Source of the DNA: Haplodiscus bocki
Lineage: Eukaryota
Reading direction: 5' to 3'
NCBI GenBank assembly: GCA_965655095.1
Contig: CBFHFQ010000233.1
Span: forward strand, 1-64,000
DNA: 64,000 bases
Below the pieces are notes generated by a model. That model searched no databases and had not been told where the DNA came from. It was given only the letters and a program-made list of their open reading frames with translations. Positions within the stretch are counted from its first letter, which is position 1. The number at the start of each line of letters is the position of its first letter. Below are positions 1 through 14,500 of this stretch, piece by piece. The position numbers were made by a program, and so were the translations under genes.

Positions 1-872
1 TTAAGTATTTTCCGCTTATGGAAATACTTTTGATCTTTGGTTTATGTCACTATTTATGGTGTCGGCGCGGGAATAACCACTTTGATGTCCATTTCTGACG
101 GATCGGACCCGTACCTTTTCTGTCGAAAGATGGAAAGGACGCGGTCCGTGAGGGAAGAAATGGATGGAAGAGTGTTTATTTCCCGCCAGAGTCGGCATCT
201 TTTCCTTTGTAAATAATATGATTAAAGTACTTTTCCCTATTTGTACCTTGATTTGGCGTGTAAACAATTATGTTTCCCGTCAAGGAAAGGTATAAATAGG
301 AGAAATGAAAGTACAACTATTATTATATAAATTGTTGCATTCCAGAACTGTACAATTATTAACATTTGACTGTTTGTACTTAGGAGACTTTTCCCTCATA
401 TTAAAAAGAGGAGTTTAACTGTGTTGAGGAAAATAAAATAGAAATTCAGTCTTCACCGCTGATAAAATCTTTTCCCCAAGCTTGATGGCAACGTTGAGAA
501 ATAAAAGGAAATTAGCCGCAGTTTCAAGAGAAACGCCCGAAAGTGCTAGAATTGGGAGAACACAGAACATCCTAGACCCAGAACTAACTCAGGAGTATAT
601 CTCCCAGGTTTCTGAGGAGATTGAAAGGAGAGTTACTAAAAAGCTTTCAAAGGAATTTAGCAGAACAGAGTAACGCATCTTGGGAGTCTTGTCAAAGCTT
701 GATGAGTTCCTCTTGAACCCGCAAGTTCAGACTTGTTCCGTAGCTGTTCCGGGGACATCCAGGAGCAGCAATCTAGAAAACCAGGGAACCAATGAGGATC
801 GTCCCTCAGACGATCCTGGACCTGAAGTGGGGTTTCCTTCCCCCCACTCTGGGGCGGAAGCAGATCCTCACA
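1..872 (+). mobile_element. 3' part of a (solo) LTR of a Ty3/gypsy-like retrotransposon carrying a Gag-like N-terminal ORF
   Basis: ORFs 482-673 and 680-904 share one frame split by TAA at 671-673 (MATLRNKRKL...EEIERRVTKKLSKEFSRTE*RILGVLSKLDEFLLNPQ...ADPH). The element appears to end at ...CCTCACA (872), like the TSD-defined LTRs at 21799 and 49129. The 5' end is outside the window, so the TSD cannot be checked. Confidence 0.65.
485..872 (+). pseudogene. Gag-like N-terminal fragment inside LTR, one premature stop
   Basis: Basic N-terminus followed by a helical/coiled-coil-like segment; frame stays open to the LTR end apart from TAA at 671-673. Confidence 0.55.
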
Positions 873-3800
873 GATGGAGTTTTCTTGAATTTCCAACAAC
901 ATGAAAGAAAATCCGCGTGAAGTGCATCTTGAATTAAAATGGAGTTTGAAAAATATCCAAAAAATATTGACAACTTCCTAGGAAAAATCCCCCAAACTAA
1001 ACCTAAGAACCTTCACTATATAAAAAAACTCACTCTATAAATTCACTCTTCAGCCGAGGAGGAATACCGATCCTCAAGTGCATGGTTACAAAAGACAATC
1101 TTCAAAAGAAAACGAAAAGTAGACACTAGTCGGTCTTTAGCTTTGAATTATACCCACGTAAGTAAAAGCTCTAGTGAGTGTCGAAAAAAAATCGCTGGTA
1201 TGCTCACGACAAAATCACTCTTTAAAAACAAAAACGAAAGTGAGACTTCCAATCCACGACTATGCATTACCCGGGATTGCAGACCATGGGTGGTAAGTAG
1301 TTTCAATAATTAATTCGTTTTGCACAGGGAGATGCCGCGTTGGTACCTTACAACACTGGGCTCAGGGTTTCAGAACCACCTCTGGCGAACCAAGATCTTA
1401 GCAGGCTGTTGCACAACTTATACCCGTTCTTCTAAGCACACAAGATTTCTCCCATCACTTTACAGACGTCACTGATTTCAACGAAAATAACGCCTCTGCA
1501 AAATGGTTGTTTTCACTAGATCAGAAACTAAAATATGACTGAAGTAGCTCCTGCAACAATCCACGCTATAGTGTCAAACAACGCTCAAAAACTCTGATCA
1601 AACAACTAATTAAAACGGCTCGTGGTAGCCACGAGCAGACTACCTGTCTTTAGATGCCCAAAATTGAAAAAATGCAGAGCAATATTCCTCATTTTATGTG
1701 ATCTAACTAAATTCCAGTACGAGTCTAAAATTTGTCAAATTTGTCTAACCTATTTTGATTCCTAACTTGCAAAAATATTCTACTTAGAATAAATTGAAGG
1801 TTTTAAAATGAAAACTGAAACCAAAAATTAGAAGTTGAAACTCTCAGATTCATTGAAAAGCATGAATGAAGTCATTCCGTAGTGGACTAGCCCAATTATC
1901 AGTCACTATGTCTGAAACGTACCGTGACCCAAATGCAAAATGGTCTCAATACCACCACAGTGCTCACTAGCAATTTCATTTTAAATGTCAACCTACCTTA
2001 GTCGCGAACGAAGCAAAACGCTTTAGAAGAAGAGTTATCAGTCAGAAGATTTACACATATTTTGATGCCATTTCAACTCCAACGCAAAGCAAAATATCGA
2101 ACGGTGAAGGTGGCTGCGGAAGTGGCCTTGCAAGATGCAAATTTCATAATGGCAAATGAACCATTTCTATGCAGACGCCAATGTAAAACAGCTGTCGAAC
2201 CTCAAAATTTCAAAACTTTAAATAGCTTTCCTGATAAAGCGGTACTGTTCCAGTTCTTTTTTGGCGCCATTCGCGGTCCTAGCTTTACTAAAACCAGTCG
2301 TGTCTCTGGATAACTTTTCTTTCCTAATTTAACTTTGTAGAATAACTTTCAAAAAATAACGGGAAAATCCAGTGCCTTTGTCAAAATATCACAAAAACCA
2401 ACAAAAAAACAAACATTTTATGGCTTTTCTCACTTCCTTCATAGCGTCGATGCTATTTCAATTGTCAGGTGTCCTGTGACAGGTCAAACTTTTTTTATAA
2501 CTGACGTATCAATAAAGGGGAAACAAATTATCATTTTGCGCAAGTTCTGTTTCAGTTTTTTCCAAACTTCCGTTCATTTCGCCCTTAATTTAACTGGAAT
2601 ACCGATAGGGATAGAAACTTCTTTGAGCAATTGGCTTGGAGAATCAGTAATTCCAGGTTCGATTTTAACTCTCCTGTATGGCTGCCGTAGTCAGTTTTTT
2701 TATGAAGATACTTTGACCAGACGTGAAGTCAATTAACGGAAAGATTTTCTTGCTATTGAGTAGTTAATTTGGTGTTGACTACGGAAGTTTTTGGGGATTA
2801 ACAGTTCGTTGATTACACATTAAAAGACTCTAGTTCATGTAATTTCGGCTTCTTTTGCAGTTATGTTTCGCGCATACGCAGTGGTAAAGCATTAGACAAT
2901 TTTGGGCTCTTTTGTTTCCTAAGATCATCTATCTTACACTGCGAAAAGCTACCTTCAATCATACTGAAGATTTTTTTCATGTACAAACTTGAAAAAGCCG
3001 AGAACGTCACTTCGACGCCGCCCGTAAGGATAAAAATACTCATGAGACGGGAGTTTTCGAAGTTTGAAAACTGTCAGCTCTCTGAAAAAATTGCTTCAAG
3101 CAATTCTTAAAATGAAAACAAAATTGAACTGAAAGCACAATATTCAGCCCTGCAAAATTTCGAATGAAATACGCAACATCGTTCGGAGAATGGTAACACC
3201 AAAACTCATGCAAATTTTCCATGAAACATTCACTAGGTTGCAAAATGAATAGAAAAATTCCTTATTCTCAAACTAACTTTTCGCTGAATGGTAGGAATAG
3301 CGACCACGTTTAAAAAAACTTTTGTTTTTCTTTTGTTAGGACTACATTCTGCCGTGATGTGAAACGGAAGCCCAAAAAAACACGAAAATCAATCGAATGT
3401 TTGCGAGAAAAAAACACCCAAAATTTGAGAACGGGGCATTGGTGCTCGCAGATATCTCAATATATCCTACATCTCAATTCATCACATACGTTTTTACCAA
3501 ATCAAACTTGGTGCTACCACTTTGAACACATTGAAATCATCGAAACGAATATTGCAAAAAAAATGAAACGCAGTATCTTTTCACATCTCTGGTAAAAACT
3601 TGATTAACCGGCATATGTAGAATTGCACTCAAAGTTTCACCTTCGTGTCATTGTTTTTTTATATCGTGAACTTACGCCGTCAATTCAATTTGAAAAAGGT
3701 TTCTAGCCGGCGAAACCCAGATTGCGCTCAAAATGATCAAAATTTGTGTTATAGAATGGCCACTTCGAAAAAAACGGAAAATAAAAATGATTTTATAAAA

Positions 3801-5830
3801 AATCAAACGATCCCATCTATCGAATTTTTTGGTTGCAACAGGTTATATTAGTCGCACACAGCTCGTGAAGCCATAACTTACCACATGCAACAACTTGCCG
3901 CAAGTAACAATCCGTAATTGAAATCAAAAAGCGACAAATCGCCAAAAATGGAAAGAAGCGGCAGGTCGCCAGAAAGGAGCGGGGCGACAACGTACCAAAA
4001 TATTCAAAATGACCACATTGAAGCGCACAACTAAAAATCGAGTTTAATTTCCAGCAGAGTTTTAAGGAATTAACCAGTTACACAAACAGCCATTGAGCCT
4101 GCATTACATGGATGTATATATCTATCACCGTACATGTAAGAAACCTCAAACAAGTAGAACGCATCGTCACTCGTTTGCCTCAAAAATTGCAAAAAACACC
4201 ACTTCAAAAGTTTCTACTTGCCGAAATCACTTTAACCAGCAATGTTTTTACAAATTGTTAAAGTCAAAGAGTTCAAAACAAAACATAAACCATTTGCCTC
4301 TATGAAAAACATCGTTTGTAAACAAGGCTTCCGAACTACATTAGGAACGTTCGATAACACTTGTCAACCATTATTAAACTGAAGCGTTGTTTCGACAGTA
4401 TTGTGTAAAATGAAAAATTCTGTCAATCAGTTCGAAAAACTACTGCAAAAAGGCGCGCGTTTTCAATTAAGCGTACCGGTACTTCTAATCTTTTGTAGGT
4501 AGATATTGGTTTTGACTTTTTGCAGCAACTTGTCGCTTTTCTAAGTTTGTGCCAAGATGTTGCCTCTGGGTTTAAGGGCTAGTTCTTGGTTGTGACAAAA
4601 TATCGCTCTGGGTAGGTTGTCGTAGTACCCGATCACTTGCAGTAGTACTCAGAGGTAATTGTAACAAATGGCATCTTTTCATCCCGCGTATCAGGAAACT
4701 ATTGGAAGTATTGCAATGGTTGCTGAAACTACTGCAACGTCAGGATTTATTCACCGGCATGAATGCTTTCTGAAAAACTGAGAGACGTGAACAAGAGGAC
4801 ATCTGCCAAAGTAAACTGAAGTTGGTGGATCGCAATTGAAAGTCGCCAATATTGATTGGCCCAAAAATTGCCCAGACCTTGCGATTGAGTTTTCTTTTAT
4901 GATCTTTTAGGATCTACCCGTTCGCAAGATTTATAAAATTGAGAATCTCTATCAAAAGGATGCCGCCAAGATTTTGACATCATCGCCAATTTTCTAGGTG
5001 TAATCTACTCAAATCTTAACGAAAATTTAGCGCATTGAACGCCTAATTGTCAGACAGTACTCTCCAAAAATTTTGCACCCCAAAAATATAAATTTCAACC
5101 CAGCGGAATTCTTTTTGTTGATGAAAGTTACAGAACAGCATCGGTCACACACAAGAAAGCTTTCGGTACACCGGTGAACCAACAAGATACTTTGTTTCTT
5201 TCTACCTCAGCGAGCTCTGGGTTGGAGAATCATTAAAAATGGAAAACTGTGGCATTTTAAAAACTGTACTGAAAGCAGATATTTCACTTGAAGTTGCTTT
5301 TGTAACACAACCAAAACATGTTTCACATAAAATGTGTCCTAATCAGCAAGAGTTTTTCGAATGGTGTAAAAACAGAAGTTAGGTAAAATATGAAGAAACT
5401 TCGACTGACTGATTCCTTTAGCATGTCCAAATGAATTGAAAGGTTGAGAGCCAATTCGGGTTCTTGAAATTGAACAGCAATTTCCATCTGCAGTATCTTC
5501 CACCATGTGATTATCATTCCACAGATATTTCAGCACAGCGCATTTCATCCCTGGTAATTTCTTTGGTTAAATTGGAAAGTTGACCAATCACGAGCAACTC
5601 GCAAAGTACAAAAGCGAGAGCGCTACTAAAACTCAACCATTCTCTCAAACTCTCTCATGGAAACCAGTCGTTAAGTTCGCCAAACTTTGATTATCAACAG
5701 ACTCGTCCAGATTCAATCTCGCTGAATTTTTATCAAAAATTTCCTTTCTTTATGAGGCCTGTTTCTCAAATTGTTGAGATTTTAAAATAAACTTCGAACC
5801 AGAGTTTTACAAAATTCCTTCTTTTTCACA

Positions 5831-6370
5831 ATGGCATCAAACATTAGACAGAGGACAAAAAAGTCTAAAACCCGAAAGATTCTCGACAGGGAAACATAGG
5901 AAGACATAGTAAGAATTGGGGAAGAGGCTAATCAAACCCAAATGATCGGTTTTGAAAACAACAAAATGAAACCGATCACCATTGGTGCATGTTCTATTGT
6001 CCTAATTTCTTAACTGAACCTAATCAGACAGAAAATAGATTTCAAGTGCTTTCACAACGGGTTATTGACGGTATTGAGAACTGACTCCGGAGAATTTAAA
6101 GTGCTCTTGAGAACAAACTGGCTAACGCTCCAGTTGCAATTGAGGGCTCTGTTAATTCAGATTTAGCAGAGAGCCTCAGATCGAACAACACAACAACCAA
6201 TTAGAGTGTACCTAGTGTATGACGACGAGTCAATAACGACATTGAAGAAAGCGCATCTATATTGACCAGTAGCAATGGAAATCTCAATGATCGTCTAATC
6301 CGATCACGGAAGGTTTCTGAAATAATTTTTGAAACACATCCCCCGGAGAGTGAAGGAAACAATCATCACA
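5831..6370 (+). mobile_element. degenerate 3' end of an LTR with a decayed Gag-like N-terminal ORF
   Basis: ATG 5831 (MASNIRQRTKKSK...), one frameshift and several stops, then ...ETHPPESEGNNHH ending at CATCACA (6370), the same terminus as the element ending at 63164. 5' boundary and TSD not found. Confidence 0.4.
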
Positions 6371-6950
6371 TGTAACTACGCTAATTTGGCATTCTAATTA
6401 AAAGTCTGAAAATTTAGAGTCTAAAAACAGTTGAAAAGAGCGTTTTAAAGGTAAGTCCTTTGAATTCCTGCCGTATATTGACGCAGGAGAAGAAACACTT
6501 CTAAACGTCTTGGATTTTCAATTGAATACTTGTCAAAATGATTTTCAAAAATACTCTTTTTCAAAAGCCAACATTCTGACAGCAACTGTAACGGTATGAC
6601 TTCTTTCAATTTGAGATTTTTGTGAATTTAGGTCCCTAATTTGAAAAAGAATCGATAAGTCTCAGATCACGTAGTAGGAAACGTAGGAACTAAAACCACA
6701 TTCCTCTTCCGTTAATGAAGACATGATATTCCTTTTTTGCATATCAAGTTTGATTTCTGCCAAGCTGTTCTTTGCTCGTCACTTGAGCTGCAGCTCTAGA
6801 AACTATCATTTTATTCGGAAATCCGATTTTTTTTCAGTACCAAAACTGCATATAAAAAGTTTAAGTCAATGAGGTCTTCAAACTTGAAAATTTGAAAATG
6901 AAACAAAGTTGGTTTTGAAAAATAAAACTAAAAATGCGTTTTTGTTTCAG

Positions 6951-7122
6951 AAACGGATTCTCCGAAAACTCCACCGACCACTGCCACGAACGATGTCCCC
7001 ATAGCTCTTCAGCCGATCGACTCAAGAATACCTCTAACACACGGCGAGAGATTTACTCTTCAGAAGACGTGGAAGGCCATGAATAGGCGTGGGAGTGAGG
7101 CCATCATCATGACATTTGCCAA
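6951..7122 (+). CDS. globin X-like gene, exon with N-terminal extension and A/B helices
   Basis: tttgtttcag acceptor; TDSPKTPP...QPIDSRIPLTHGERFTLQKTWKAMNRRGSEAIIMTFA(K) matches the PxDxRxPLT...F.L..(S/T)WK pattern of invertebrate globin X-like proteins; GT donor falls after nt 2 of the B12 codon (B12.2). Confidence 0.75.
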
Positions 7123-9089
7123 GTTCGTCAATCTTTTTAGCTCAATACATCTAAACAGTTTCGAGTACACGAAGTGACTGAATTAACTGATGGTCACAGA
7201 CTTTCTGATGGATCGATTGTGAAGGGATTTTAACCTTCTGGGAAGCGACATACCCCTGTCTAGAGTTTTGGAAAATTTATTATAAAACTTATTACGCCAA
7301 ATAGGTAATAACATGCATTGTCAACTACATTCGCGAATGAGAGTACGTGTACAAAGTAACTTTTTGATTCTTTCACTCTATTTCACTGGAGCGGGAAATG
7401 ACAAAAATTCTACGAATCTTTAATAAGTACAGCGGAGCTGTATCAAATTTTGTGGAATTTTGGTTTAGCGGCAGTAAAACATCAAGATAGTTAATATTGT
7501 GCTTGAGTTTGCAGCGTCTGGAGCGTCTGAAATTATGCAATTGTTTGCTAAAGCGTTAATTCTCCTTGACAAAAAATAGAAATACCGCAAAAGGACCATT
7601 AAGAAAACTACCTTAGATATCCTGTTTTTAGCTGTCGTGGAACTCCCCCCCCCCCTCCACACACACACAAATTGCAAAATTTATATCCAAAATGAATTTC
7701 AAATGAACAACGGAAAGATTCTTGAAGGTTTTTTTCACTTTTCAAAAAATGTTGAATAAAAATGCCATGAATAATCCATTATAACAGAAACACATGAAAA
7801 ATTTGAAAACATTCTCGCGACGAACGTCGCTTCGATTGATAAACTAAAACGCGATCTGCGTGATAAATAAAACTTGATGATAAGCTATCGAAACAACTCA
7901 TTTATCGAAAGGTTGCAAAAATGGCGAAAATCATTAACACAAATTCGAAAAACTGTTTTACTTCAATGCGCAACAAACATGCCGTTTTTGAAAGTTATCG
8001 ACGTCCAGAAAATTGGACAAGCTGGTGCTGTGAAAAGCTAGCCCACTGCAAACTTCTAGCACGTCGCGGGACTGCTAAGGAAGTCCTGAAGAAAACATTT
8101 CCTGCAATGTGAGGAAATTTATTATGATGAGACTCAACTTTTTTGCAAAAAATCATAACTTTCTGCCGAACAATTTGGTACAGAAAATTGGCGATGCTTT
8201 TCGTAAAGAAGTACTAATTTGACAAACGTACTATTACCACCACATCGTCGTCAGTACTGCGTCTATATTACTTCAGTGGATGACAGTACTGAGAAACTAT
8301 GTTGAAATTCGTTTTTCCATGACATTTTTGCCAAAAAGTAGACTACAAAAACTTTCGACAAAAGATATCAGAGTCTTTCCGAACCTTCTGCGAAAGAACC
8401 AGACGGCTATGCGTCATGAGGTCCAAGGTATGGGACTTCAAATTTCGAAAATTTTTCGATCTCACATAACCTGTGAAAAAAATTCGAAAAGAAACAAAAC
8501 GTCGACAATAAGGTATTCTCCTTTCACTCAAAAGCCTTAAAACATCGTGTGGGATGTAAAAAGAAAAAGAAGCACCGGCGCTTTTCGAGAAAAAAAGTGC
8601 CCCAGTATCACCATGACTTTTGTTTTTTATCCGCGTAAAACTACAAACTGTTCAAACGGTTCAGGGGCGCATCAAAAAATTCAAGAACAGTGTTACGGGC
8701 CAGGAATACGAAAACTACTTTTTAACCTATGAAAAAATTCTGTAATGGCATATGCCAAATTTACTCCAACTAAGGACTGTATCAGACAGCATATATGGTA
8801 GCAAATAGTCCTTTTATTAAATTTTTATATTTTTGACTAGATTTTTGACAAATTGCAACAATTTTTTTAACAAAATAAAACATGATGATACCAAATTCTT
8901 TTGAGCGAAAAGACCATAATTTTCAAAAACGAAAGGATTCCCATGGATTTTTTGGAATTTACGGGCGGCGCCAACTTGAGCTGTTCCCGGCTTGTTTTCA
9001 CTGGAAGCTTGTTTAAAGAAAAAAAACCATATCAATGACAAAAGCTTTATAAACCTGACATCACCGTGAAACTAATAACCTTCTGCATA

Positions 9090-9888
9090 CAGTAGTGTCA
9101 GAAAAGAAAAGAACCTTTTTTTGAATTAATACTGGAACGCTACATATATTTGCGTAATACTCATAAACAATTGAAAATCACAATTTATGTTCGAAACAAA
9201 AGTTTCTTATAATTTTCTGTAGTTTGCAATGGTGTTTGTTTTAAACTTTTAGGATCATAATTATAGAAGTTAGGAGATTTTGCACCTCTATGTATTAAGA
9301 TAGGAGGTTGATTTTGCGCCACAATTTTCGAAGTTTCAAGTACCTTCTACTCCGTTTTTGTTTACTTTTCATATACTGTTAAAATTCCTCTCATCTACTG
9401 ATTACACTCAGAAGTTGGCAGCTCCCCAGTGTTTACACTATCAAAATGGCGAGACATTCTGTAACAAAAAGTAGTCATCCCAATGTTAATACGTTGTAAA
9501 GGGTATCATTTCTTAGAGAATGTCTCGCCATTTTGATAGTGTAAACACTGGGGAGCTGCGAACTTCTGAGTGTAATCAGTGGATGACGGGCATCTTACAG
9601 TATATGAATAGTAAACAAAAACGGAGTAGAAGGTACTTGAAACATCAAAAGTTGTGACGCAAAATCAACCTCCTATCTTAATACATAGAGGTGCAAAATC
9701 TGCTAACTTCTATGATAGTGATCCTAGAAATTTCAAACAAACACCATTGTAAACTAGATAAAATTCTAAGAAACTTTTGGTTCGACCATAATTTGTGATT
9801 TTCAGTTGTTTTTGAGTATTACGCAAGTATATGTAGCGTTCCAGTATTAATTCACAAATAAAGGTTCCTTTCTTTTCCGACACTACTG
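9090..9888. mobile_element. Tc1/mariner-type non-autonomous foldback element (MITE) in a globin intron
   Basis: TA|CAGTAGTGTC...GACACTACTG|TA; inverted arms ~9090-9460 and ~9517-9888 (~370 bp) with a 56-bp spacer; TA duplication. Confidence 0.9.
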
Positions 9889-10029
9889 TACAACACACTA
9901 TTGAATACAAATTGCAAAAAATTGAATATTGAAAATGCTTTTTCGAAAAATATAAATTCCTCTGGCCATCTAAAAAAATAGCTGCATTTGTTACACGTTT
10001 ACATTGTTTATATTATGTTAATTTTTCAG

Positions 10030-10279
10030 ATTTTTCCTCAAGACTCCATCTTCGACGCAGTTTTTGGCGCGCTATTTAAGTTCACTCGGCCCCAAAGAAG
10101 TGACTGACCAGGACAAACTGACCGACTGTGACAACTTTTCAGCCCACGCAGACTCAGTTTTCGCTGCTTTTGATACTTGTGTTGAGTCTCTCACCGAGCC
10201 AAACGATTTTTTAGACCACTGCTCCACTCTTCGCAAAGAAGACTCTTTGATCCCACGGGCCAATATTGATAGCATTAAG
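10030..10279 (+). CDS. globin X-like gene, central exon (B12 to G6)
   Basis: atttttcag acceptor is phase-compatible with the previous exon; FFLKTPSSTQFL...NFSAHADSVFAAFDTCVESLTEPNDFLDHCSTLRKEDSLIPRANIDSIK; Pro C2 and His E7 present; phase-0 donor AAG|gtaata at G7.0. Confidence 0.75.
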
Positions 10280-11539
10280 GTAATAAGGTTTAGAAATTTA
10301 GATGCGTATGTGAAAACCTCAATTAATGGCAATTCTACTTTGACCTAAAAGTTTCAAAAATCATTCGCAGCTTTTTCCTTGAAAAGCTCTTGAAAAGACT
10401 TGTCATAAAAAATTGACAAAAACCGATGTTTGTGTTTTTGGGTGACAGAAAGTTAATACAAACCGGAAACTGTTCGGTGACAATTTTTCGCTTTACACCA
10501 CAAATTTAGAAGTAACAACGTTGTAATTTTTGCTCTTTATTGCTCATGACAAAAACAAATATTTGCAGTTTTGTGACTGATCATGAAAAAATGTTATCCC
10601 TTTCAACCTAATATAAAACGTAAGCGCCCTAAAGTGCGAAGATGCTCGTTTTTTGTATAGAAACAAGACCCAAAAATAAAAAGGTTTATTTTTAGGTGGA
10701 GGAGGTCACCAAGGAAAAAAACTACATTTTTTGTTAGAGAAAAATTATAATACTGGAGAAAACAATCCCAAAAAATGTAACTTAGGCTCATTCCCTTACT
10801 TGAGACCACCAGAAATGGTCTTTTTGGAAAATTTCAAATTTTTATCAAAACCTACGGAATTTGGGTAAATCTACCGATGTCAAATGCATTCTTACTTAAA
10901 AAACTGATTTGGAAGCCATTAAAAATTAAAAATTCCAAAAATTAGAGCAAAATCAGTGAGCCATTTTACTTAATAGGAAATAACTAAAAATGTCCTTTTA
11001 CGCAAAAATTTCATTGTTTTGTCAATAATTTTGAAATTTGTTTAATTTCACCGTTTTATAATCAATCCATAGCTAAAACACCAATTTGGATACCAAAAGA
11101 AGGAAAAATCAATTTCGATATTAACTAGTGCAGGCCACTCGAAAGTAGCAAAATTGTCCTATTTTTTTAAAAAAAAAAACATTAAATTTTGTCCAAATTT
11201 GTTAAACGCACATAATTTCCTTTAGTGTTTTAAAACGGTGTCACAAACAAGCAGCTGATTTGGATGGCAAAAGAATAAACAATCAAAAATTATTAGCATA
11301 AATCGCTATTTTCATCACTTCGCAACTCCAAAACTAGCCTTTTCGCCTACTTTTTTGCAACAAAAACATCGATTTTCATTCACCATTTTTGAGATTCTCG
11401 TTGTTTTTTGAAAAAAAAAGAGACTTTTTTGTACTACTTTAATTCAGCTTAGTAGCTACAAAGTTGTTTTGAATGGCAAGAAAGTGAGAATCAAACACAA
11501 AACCGCAAAATTAGCTATGTTCCCATACTTTGAAGCACT

Positions 11540-14500
11540 AACAAGCCCGTAATGCTCGAGTCCGCGCAGCCCACAAGGCATTAAAATACGAAGGGTTTCA
11601 CTTAATTGCGGGAGTAGAAACACGTGTCCAGCACTAGAATAAACAGACTGAAATGGGAAGAAATTGTTATGGAAACGGTATATCCGTCACACTAAAATGA
11701 CATAGGACTGAAAAAAAACGTGATGACATTGGAAGAAAATCCTGGAATCTTACCAAGATTACGTGGACAAGCAAATGAGAAGACATTCTACAGCGGTTCT
11801 CTGAAAATCCGACCTACAAGAAAAGCTAAAAGTCAATCGTTTGTAGCCGTTGCTGTGAATCAAGAAACTTCAAAACTTTTTTCGGATACCTTCGTTTACA
11901 ACAACACAACGCAATACAACACAACAAGCACGATAGCCAAGCAGACATTTGTGTGATTCATAGAGATCCAAACAAATCAACTGCCGATGTGCACACAAAG
12001 TTATTAGAAGCAAGAAAAACTTGAGTTCTAGAATGTAACCACAGCAGAGTTGATCACGTCGAATTTTTATCCTTGATCAAAAAAATAAACAAAGAGAGAG
12101 ATGAATAACTGAAGAAGAAGATAACGAAAAATAATTCGTTGATTCAAAAATTGATCTAACTGACGGGCATTTTTACAACAAGTTGATTGAATCTCAAGAG
12201 TCGGCTGACGAAACACTTGCTGGACACATTTCCAAAAACCACACGATAACTGACTGGACAAGACGGAAAAAGAAATCCAAAAATCCAACAAAATGGTACC
12301 CAAAACAAACAAGCACAAATTGCTGGATATGTGGTGCAGCAGACTGGAGAAGAAAAAAGATTCTTTGGCAAACAAGCATCAACGTTAATAATCCAAAAAG
12401 AAAGGCCATTAAGCTCGTAATATCAAAGCCGAAGAAATAGTAGAAATTATGTCAGACAAAAATGTTTGAAGGGCTGACGAGGACGTTGGGACTGCAAAGC
12501 AGATACACTCAGTTGCCAAAGCACCTTTCCTCCATACGTCCGTTTCTTGGTCAACAGACGACTACTCAGCTTCATTAAGCACAGTAGGTCAAACTTTTTC
12601 ATTAGTACTATACCTAATTTTGCCAACAAAGTTTCGTCAAACCAGTGATGAACACAATAAAAACATAGGTTGAAAAAACGTCATCCGATAAACAATGTCT
12701 ATCAAAAAGCAAATCCAATCGCAGAAAGATATTTGAAATTGACACCAGTATTGAAAATTTGGGACCTATATTTCAAGAGAAACAGCCTGGGGAGTTGAAA
12801 TGAATTACGTTTGCAGGCAGAACCCCACCGCAAGCTGAAGAAACGTATGCATATATTGAGCCACAATTCTTAACACTAATAAGGAGACTTGATCACTCCG
12901 CCTACACCTTTATGGTAAACTCATGGATATACTAAGGGATCCTTAAGAATTATAATCTCGATTACAGACCACCAGGTCCAGTGAATCGTATAGAGCACGA
13001 AGAACCATCTGACTTGCTCGATTAGCCTATTTTGATATCCTAGTTCTTTACAGAAAAAGAAAATTTCTAAAGCTCCCGAAACTCACGAGCTCCTTTAGCA
13101 GGCACGTACCAGGTAAGAGAATCGGTGGATGCGTAAATTTACAATGAGCAATGCAAAATTATCAGAACAATCTCACTTTTTATATCTACATCCAAAATGG
13201 TTGCCTTGGGCAAGAGCAATGGGACCAAGACGTTTGTTGACAGGAATCAAGTGAAAGTGGAGATGCGTAGACCAAATCTCATCACCATTCCTACAAAGTT
13301 GTGAATGAACAAATTCGCATGAGCCGATCACAAGCATCGAAAAAGTTACAAGCGCAGAACAAAATAATCAATAGTGGCTATGGTTCAATAAACGTGAGTG
13401 ACACAAATAACTGCCTGAAATCGATTTAGTTTTTGAAATCCGGGCAATTGAAAACCATTTTGATAAAAACGTTTGTTGTTGACCCGATATAGACTCCCAG
13501 CTACTCAACCATGTGGAAACATTGGGTCAGAGAGAAGAAATGGGGTAATATATCCTGTGATGGAATGAGATCAGTAAGCTGCCAGAACATGGCATATATG
13601 AAGGAAAATGGAAAAGATTCCACATTCCACCCACCAAAGAAACTGCAATACAAACAGGCATAGCTAGAAAACATACTTTGGCGGATCATGATTCCACTGG
13701 ACACAGAACCGTTAAATCCAGGTAGAGCAATTACAACCCTCTATACGGGAAGATCTGAACCCAGTCAACCGACACAACGCAAACCATTGCTGGATAATTT
13801 GGCGAAAGGCGACGAAGACAGCAGTAGAGATGAAACTGCCACGAAATCACTGTACAAGTTACTTACGTTGATTATTTGAGTTTTGTGCGTGGGTGTGATT
13901 ATATAACTATCCGGCAAACCATGAATCTTATTGCAGTTTGGGACTTCAATGTCAAGAAAAACCTAGTGACCAGGAGGAATTTGAACCTGCACATAAATAC
14001 TATAAAGCGCGGCAAGATGGAGACTGTACATTGAACAACGAACCTCAACAACTACTGGACACGGTGGAAGATGCCCAGTCCCCAGGAGCGGATGACCTAG
14101 ACAGACCACATCTGTCAATAGCACCAACGGGACGTGGTAAAATGAAAACCCAGACCGAAGAGACAAAGAACCTCAGAGAAAGAAAACTCATCTCCAGGAA
14201 CTCCCAATTGGACAATCAACCTGCACGATATGGCTCATGAGAAAGCTGGAGAGGCGAGTAGAGACAACAAAACATCAGGCACACTTGTTTGCTTCGAAAA
14301 AAACTAATAGTACTGTTAATGCGAGTTTTAATGCTGTATGTCTTGATGGAATTAAGCCCAGTGAAACGTTAAACTTAGTTGAATATACTGGAACGTTAAT
14401 CCCAGTATAAAGGCTGAGTAAGGATTATTTCAAGGTGGAAATAACAGGGAGTAGCCAAAGAACAGGGGACAAAAATAGGGTGAATAGGCCTTGAGCGTCC

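Noticed and set aside
6431-6456. Upstream globin coding exon ending at AAG|gtaagt
   Set aside because: In-frame TGA and no ATG in the required phase; at most non-coding.
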